A stretch of 64,000 bases of DNA from Akkermansiaceae bacterium. GTDB lineage: Bacteria; Verrucomicrobiota; Verrucomicrobiia; Verrucomicrobiales; Akkermansiaceae. The position numbers and the translations under genes were made by a program. Shown piece after piece: positions 59,130 through 64,000 of this stretch. Positions within the stretch are counted from its first letter, which is position 1. Each line of letters opens with the position of its first letter. The notes beneath the pieces are model-generated. The model was given only the letters and a program-made list of their open reading frames with translations, did not search any database and was not told where the DNA came from. Location: assembly GCA_051251915.1 (NCBI GenBank), contig JBPOGF010000002.1, positions 192,001 to 256,000 of the forward strand. The letters run 5' to 3'.

Positions 59130-59861
59130 TTATGATTTGTTCTTGGTGGAATCTATTGTTTTAGTATGAGCTCTCTTTTTTAGTTTTTTCTCTTCTTCAC
59201 GAGCTACGGTGAGGGCTGATGCTACTAGCCCTGTTGGAACGGCGACGACTCCTAGTCCTGTAATGAGGACGAAGAAAGTGAAGATTCTACCACCGGCGGT
59301 GATAGGGTAGACGTCACCGTAGCCAACGGTGGTGAGGGTGGCTACTGCCCACCACATGCTGTCAAAGACGGAGCCAAAGTTTTCTGGTTGTTCTTGATTC
59401 TCGAAGAAGTAGATGCCTACTGAGGCTAGGTAAAGGATGATGAGTGCGGCGGCTCCAAATACGATGAGTTCTTCACGGGCTATTGCGAATGCTCGTTGGT
59501 AGCGTTTCATGGCGGAGCTGTAGCGTACGAGCTTGAACATGCGGAATAGTCTTAAAAGGCGTAGCGCTCTGACTGTGCGGAGGTCTAGGCTGGTGGCGAG
59601 GTAGAATGGTAAGATGGATACGAGGTCTACGATGCCCATGAATGAGAAGATGTATTTTGTAGATGGCTTGGTGATGTAAATGCGAAGTAGATATTCTATG
59701 GTGAAAACGGTGACTGTGAAGAATTCAAACCAATAGAGGTATTTGATGGTTGCGGGGCTTAGATCTGGTGTTGTTTCTATGGCGAAGGCTATCAAGCTGA
59801 GCACGATTAACGCTTGTATGAGATATTGCCCGCGTATTAGGGTGAGCTTGTTTAGTTTCAT
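59130..59861 (-). CDS. Voltage-gated-type K+ channel (6 TM)
   Basis: S4 segment RALRLLRLFRMFK; selectivity filter TTVGYGD. Confidence 0.93.
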   Translation of the reverse strand: MKLNKLTLIRGQYLIQALIVLSLIAFAIETTPDLSPATIKYLYWFEFFTVTVFTIEYLLRIYITKPSTKYIFSFMGIVDLVSILPFYLATSLDLRTVRALRLLRLFRMFKLVRYSSAMKRYQRAFAIAREELIVFGAAALIILYLASVGIYFFENQEQPENFGSVFDSMWWAVATLTTVGYGDVYPITAGGRIFTFFVLITGLGVVAVPTGLVASALTVAREEEKKLKKRAHTKTIDSTKNKS

Positions 59862-59934
59862 GATGGCTGGTTTTATTGATTTTTTATGAGGGTGACAAGG
59901 AGGTGTTTCATTACTTGGTATTATGCGTATCACG

Positions 59935-59970
59935 AAAAACGCCTATCCTTGGTGTAGGATAGGCGTTTTT
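59935..59970. terminator. Intrinsic terminator after pspA
   Basis: AAAAACGCCTATCCT-TGGTGT-AGGATAGGCGTTTTT. Confidence 0.85.
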
Positions 59971-60020
59971 AGTAAAATTTAGGATGGTTTAGGTAGTGTC
60001 AGTCAATCTTAGTCAGTGTT

Positions 60021-60055
60021 GCTTACTGGCTTACTGGCTTACTGGCTTACTGGCT
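60021..60055. repeat. Tandem 8-mer (GCTTACTG)x4 covering the pspA stop codon
   Basis: Read directly from the sequence. Confidence 0.9.
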
Positions 60056-60823
60056 GACTCCTGGGCCCATGGAGCCAGATGATGGTGTTTCTTCTGCGGC
60101 TTCTGTTGTAGGAGTTTTTGCTGCTGGTGCTGGGTTTGCACCCTCGATAGCGATGCCTTGTTCGGCGGCGAACTCGGCGAGTGCCATGTCTTGGAGAGCT
60201 TCTTGCTCGGACTCTTTCATGTTGATTTCTGAGAGGTCCATGCTGTCTCTAGCTACGCGGCTACGACCTGCGGCTAGGGTGCGCTCTTCTTCTACGATTT
60301 CTTCAAGTCTGTTGAGTGTGTCACCAGCTCCACCGATGGAGGTGATCATGCCGGATGCCATTTCGTTGAGTTCAGCAGCAGCTTTTTGAACTTTAGCGTC
60401 GTTTAGGCCGCGGCTGATTTCTTCGATTTTAGCGCGTGCGTCTCTGACTGAGACGTCTCTTGCTTTGATGAGTTCTTTGTATTGTGACTCTGCGCTTTCG
60501 AACTGGGTTTGGACTTCATCGTGCTCAGCATCTACTTTTTTAAGTTTGAGGGCATACTCACCAGCGAGCTGGCGGTTGCCGCTTTTGAGGTGAGCTGCTG
60601 TTTTTGCGCGAAGGTCATTTTCTTCTTTTTCTAGCTTCTTTTTGCGCGAGATGAGCTGTTCTACGAGTCCTGCGTGTGATGCTAGGCCTTGGTTGAATTT
60701 AGAGATTTGCTTACGAAGGTTTTCTTTTTCAACTTCGAGGAGCGCTTCTGGATTGCGTTTTTCGAGACCTCCTACGAAGAGCCCGAAGAATCCTTTGATG
60801 AGATTTCCTATTCTTTTAAACAT
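60047..60823 (-). CDS. pspA: PspA/IM30 family protein
   Basis: Amphipathic N-terminus MFKRIGNLIKG, E..NPEALL, long coiled coil and flexible C-tail. Confidence 0.85.
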   Translation of the reverse strand: MFKRIGNLIKGFFGLFVGGLEKRNPEALLEVEKENLRKQISKFNQGLASHAGLVEQLISRKKKLEKEENDLRAKTAAHLKSGNRQLAGEYALKLKKVDAEHDEVQTQFESAESQYKELIKARDVSVRDARAKIEEISRGLNDAKVQKAAAELNEMASGMITSIGGAGDTLNRLEEIVEEERTLAAGRSRVARDSMDLSEINMKESEQEALQDMALAEFAAEQGIAIEGANPAPAAKTPTTEAAEETPSSGSMGPGVSQ

Positions 60824-60913
60824 TTGATTTAGTGTTGGTTGTATTTTTGAGTTCCGCTGATGCTTACTGATTATAGATTAATCCGCAAGTATAAGTATTG
60901 GATGATTTTAGAA

Positions 60914-61876
60914 TCACTTGGATAGGTGTTCTGCCATTTTCATAAGGGATGCGTCCATCTTGTATTGGGAGTCTGCGACTTCATGGATAGGGATGGCGCC
61001 GTAGTCTCCGTCTTTGAATACCATGATCTGGTTAGTGTGTCCTGCGGCGAGTGATTCTACGGCGGCTACTGCAAATTTGTAAGCCATGATGCGGTCACGC
61101 ACTGTTGGTGATCCGCCACGCTGAACGTGACCTAGGACGGTGAGTCTGGCATCCATTCCGAGGGTGGTATTGATCCAGCGTGTGAGGTAGTCTCCCATGT
61201 TGGTGCCTTCTGCAACGATGGCGATGATGTAGTTTCTGCCGTTGGCGCAGTCTTCTTTGAGCCTTTTGCCCATGGATTCTAGATCGTATTCATTTTCTGG
61301 AGCGAGACAGATTTCAGCACCACTGGAGAGGGCGCTGGTCATGGCGAGGTAGCCACAGTGTCTGCCCATGACCTCGATGACGAAGGCGCGGCTGAATGAG
61401 GTGGCTGTGTCGCGGATGGAATCTACGGATTCACGGATGACGTTGAGAGCGGTATCGACTCCTAGGCAGTAGTCTGTGCCGGGGATGTCGTTATCGATGG
61501 TGGCTGGGATGCCTGCGAATGGGACTTTGAAGTCTGCGTAAAATTGATTGAGCGCGCTGAATGATCCGTCACCACCGATGATGATGAGTTTGTTGATGCC
61601 GAGCCTTTGAAGGTTATCGTAGGCTGTCTTGCGGTGCTCGTATTCAAAGAAGCGTTTTGAGCGAGATGAACGGAGGACTGTGCCGCCGCGGTGGAGGATG
61701 CCTGAGACATCTTCTCTGGTGGCTTCTGAGATTTTGTTGTCGATGAGTCCGCGTAAGCCATCTCTAACGAGGTAGGGCTTGTATCCTTTTTTACGGGAAA
61801 ATTCTACTGCGCATTTTACTGCGGGGTTCATTCCGGCGGCGTCTCCGCCAGATGTCATGATTGCTATGCCTTCCAT
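60914..61876 (-). CDS. pfkA: ATP-dependent 6-phosphofructokinase
   Basis: TSGGDAAGMN, GGDGS, PATIDND, EVMGRHCG and LGHVQRGG motifs. Confidence 0.96.
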   Translation of the reverse strand: MEGIAIMTSGGDAAGMNPAVKCAVEFSRKKGYKPYLVRDGLRGLIDNKISEATREDVSGILHRGGTVLRSSRSKRFFEYEHRKTAYDNLQRLGINKLIIIGGDGSFSALNQFYADFKVPFAGIPATIDNDIPGTDYCLGVDTALNVIRESVDSIRDTATSFSRAFVIEVMGRHCGYLAMTSALSSGAEICLAPENEYDLESMGKRLKEDCANGRNYIIAIVAEGTNMGDYLTRWINTTLGMDARLTVLGHVQRGGSPTVRDRIMAYKFAVAAVESLAAGHTNQIMVFKDGDYGAIPIHEVADSQYKMDASLMKMAEHLSK

Positions 61877-62106
61877 AATTAAATCGGATTGTTAAGTTGT
61901 GAGATGTGTTGATTGGTCGGGTGACTTTTTAAGGGAACACCGGATTATTGCAAGCCTTGGGTGAAGTATATTTTGGAGGGTTTTATACGGTGTTCGGAAA
62001 AAAAATGCATTTTAGTATGCTTTTTTACTTGCAGATTTTAAAATATAATGCATTTTCCGTTTCGCCTCGCAGCACGAAAACGCGGTGAGACAATAAATCA
62101 GATAAT

Positions 62107-62182
62107 GCAAGGTTAGCTCAGTTGGTAGAGCGGTTCGTTTACACCGAATTGGTCGGGGGTTCAAGTCCCTCACCTTGTACCA
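62107..62182 (+). tRNA. tRNA-Val(TAC)
   Basis: 76-nt cloverleaf: acceptor GCAAGGT/ACCTTGT, anticodon loop TTTACAC, T-loop TTCAAGT, encoded CCA. Confidence 0.97.
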
Positions 62183-62203
62183 TCTGGATTATATGATTAC
62201 ATC

Positions 62204-62232
62204 GAGCTCAGCAATTTACGCTGAGCTTTTTT
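62204..62232 (+). terminator. Terminator after tRNA-Val
   Basis: AGCTCAGC-AATTTAC-GCTGAGCT followed by a T-run. Confidence 0.8.
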
Positions 62233-62503
62233 GTGTCTGCTTAGTAGGAGGAAGAGAGGGTTAAGCTGTTGATAATTAACAAGAATTGAAGGGGTGATAT
62301 GCTAAAGCAAAATATCAGAAGTGAAAGGAATTCGGAATAAAACAGATTCATAATGAAAACGACTTGCTTAGGGTGGGTGAATTTACTATGAGTAACTTAC
62401 TTAAAATAAAATGCCTATGAAAACGAAAGCACATCACTTTTTAACCCAATTCAGCCAGTTGAATATCAGTTAGGCGTGGACTAATAAAACTGTTCGACTA
62501 AAA

Positions 62504-63013
62504 ATGAAAAGCCTACTCATCCCAACGATATTTCTCCTACTAATAAAACTAGGGTGTTCAGCTAATCCAATGGTTATTAAGCCACTGGTAATTAAAGCTG
62601 CATACGTAGATGTTGCCAAGAGTTCTGTCTCGCCTAAAGACAGTTTTCACCACCCTGGTAAGAAGCTAATATCACGCACCGTGCGACTGACAAATACAAC
62701 CAAGAGAGACCTATACGTTCATGGATACTCATTAAAATATGTTTTTGTTGAAGTTTACACTAGAAAAAACAGTAAAGAAAAATGGGTAAGTCAAAACTTA
62801 GGCTATTCAGGAACAGGTGCTGGTGATCATAAGTTCAAAACAGGAGAGAGCTTTACTGTTATCGTCAACCTTCCTCAAGAGTTGTCTGATCACGAATTCA
62901 TGGTAGGGTTCTATGACTACTCTCCACTCAAAGGCGATGAGTTGATTGAAGTTAGATCCCCACCTTTGAATATGCTAACAAAACCAAATAAAAACGCAGA
63001 ACCCCAAAGATAG
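62504..63013 (+). CDS. Exported hypothetical protein, possible integron gene cassette
   Basis: Signal peptide; GTTCGAC core-like site 5 nt before the ATG; the 3' end runs into an attC-like palindrome. Confidence 0.8.
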   Translation: MKSLLIPTIFLLLIKLGCSANPMVIKPLVIKAAYVDVAKSSVSPKDSFHHPGKKLISRTVRLTNTTKRDLYVHGYSLKYVFVEVYTRKNSKEKWVSQNLGYSGTGAGDHKFKTGESFTVIVNLPQELSDHEFMVGFYDYSPLKGDELIEVRSPPLNMLTKPNKNAEPQR

Positions 63014-63061
63014 CTTCTCATCGGAGCGATAGCGGAGCATGAGAGTTATCGGTTGTTGAAC
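62996..63061 (+). mobile_element. attC-like recombination site (candidate)
   Basis: GCAGAAC...GATAGCTTCTCAT / ATGAGAGTTATC...GTTGAAC: AAC/GTT ends and an imperfect stem with one extra base. Confidence 0.45.
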
Positions 63062-63135
63062 TGGGCCAAGGTCGAGTGGCTCTGGGTGGTCATTACTTAT
63101 GCGGTTTTGATTCCGTGTTCTGCCTTAGTGGGGTG

Positions 63136-63526
63136 TTGCGCCAGTGAGTGTTCTTAGTGGCGTTTAATGTCATGCGAAGGAGCCGATTGCCGAACTGCAG
63201 GGCTGTTCGGTAATTAAATCGAGGGTTAATAGGATGGGGTATGTCTAATGATGGTAATGTGGCTTTCATCGTGGCGGATGGGGCAAAACATTTAGCCTCT
63301 TACGAAGTGATGCAATGGCAAGCACTACAGCTACAAACTGAAATGAGCCTTGCCACCCAGTAAGTCACCAGAGTATCTTATACAAGAAGTCCAAATACAT
63401 GAAACATAAGAACACATCAGAAGCTGAGCAACTGGACTGCGCTTTCACCAAAGGAGCCTTATGCGGGAAAACCGCACGTAGGGATCAGCGAGGAGGACGT
63501 CAGGCAACTGACGTTAATACCTTAAT
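63136..63526 (+). mobile_element. ORF-less group II intron or remnant (domains V-VI clear, 5' boundary tentative)
   Basis: D5 at 63454-63486, GAGCCTTATGCGGGAAAACCGCACGTAGGGATC (AGC triad, AC bulge). D6 has GACGTCAG-GCAA-CTGACGTT, a candidate bulged A and terminal AAT. Tentative 5' end TTGCG at 63136. Confidence 0.7.
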
Positions 63527-63538
63527 ATCCTAAAAAAT

Positions 63539-64000
63539 ATGGCTCATCTACGTTATCTCATAACCCTGTTTCTTATCTTTTTTTCAATGGTTTTCCTTAC
63601 TAGTTGCAGTAAGAGTAATGAAAAACCAGTCACTTGTAGTTTGTCTATCACAGGGACGACTCAAGGGGCTTTGATGGATATTACTGGTGCTACCATCCTT
63701 TTCGAGGATTTAAGTTTTAATGGTAGCTATAATGATGAAATCACTCTTTTTGATCCAGATACAGATGGAGCTGATGATCCATACGGTCTCCGTCAATCGG
63801 TATCTGGGCGGAGTATGCCTAAGAAAGCTGGACGCCCAAAAATAGGAGTGTCTTTTTGGTCGAGAGATCAGCGATGTGAGATTAAATTTGGTAAACACGA
63901 AATTAACATCACTAACCAAGGCAAGAATATTACTATAGATCAATATAAGTTTGATCTTGATCCAAGCCTAAAATCTAAATTCACGGTTAGTATAGTTGAC
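63539..64000 (+). CDS. Lipoprotein, 3' end outside the window
   Basis: Not in the ORF track. Manual translation MAHLRYLITLFLIFFSMVFLTSCSKSNEKP... with an LTSC lipobox; open for 154 codons to the window end. Confidence 0.8.
   Translation, partial: MAHLRYLITLFLIFFSMVFLTSCSKSNEKPVTCSLSITGTTQGALMDITGATILFEDLSFNGSYNDEITLFDPDTDGADDPYGLRQSVSGRSMPKKAGRPKIGVSFWSRDQRCEIKFGKHEINITNQGKNITIDQYKFDLDPSLKSKFTVSIVD

Noticed and set aside
175..61761. Many alternative-frame or antisense ORFs in the track (e.g. 442-774, 1245-1703, 22978-23250, 24359-24772, 26433-27011)
   Set aside because: They overlap well-supported genes or repeats and have low-complexity His/Pro/Arg or Met/Ser composition produced by the strand skew.
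63136..63526. Group IIC-attC intron or circularly permuted intron
   Set aside because: D5 has an AGC triad and normal length, whereas class C has a shorter CGC-type D5. The D1-like sequence precedes D5-D6 in normal order, though sequence beyond the window is unseen.
63710..63943. 77-aa minus-strand ORF in the track
   Set aside because: It is antisense to a longer + strand frame from 63539 that has a clear lipoprotein signal.

Overview
Bacterial chromosomal window, probably a free-living Verrucomicrobiota (inferred from a PEP-CTERM protein ending IPEP...RRRR, a PVC-type CxxCH beta-propeller protein and an ExbB/ExbD/TPR cluster; not confirmed by search). The + strand is strongly G/T-rich. Most of the window is housekeeping: moeA, glyQS, KamA-family radical SAM, rpsP, tatD, sufE, thyA, trmD, rnhA, pssA, accBC, recN, pspA, pfkA, tRNA-Val and a probable 6S RNA. 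Most notable: (1) a skew-free accessory region after tRNA-Val with an attC-like gene cassette, a ~390-nt ORF-less group II intron or remnant, and a lipoprotein gene 12 nt after the intron end; (2) an ExbB-ExbD-ExbD-TPR-TPR operon without TonB or a receptor; (3) a PEP-CTERM gene overlapping a TMTC-like glycosyltransferase gene; (4) a modular intergenic repeat family built on 9-nt CAC triads; (5) several long intergenic stems that may be sRNAs or decayed MITEs. All calls come from reading motifs by eye; no searches or folding programs were run.
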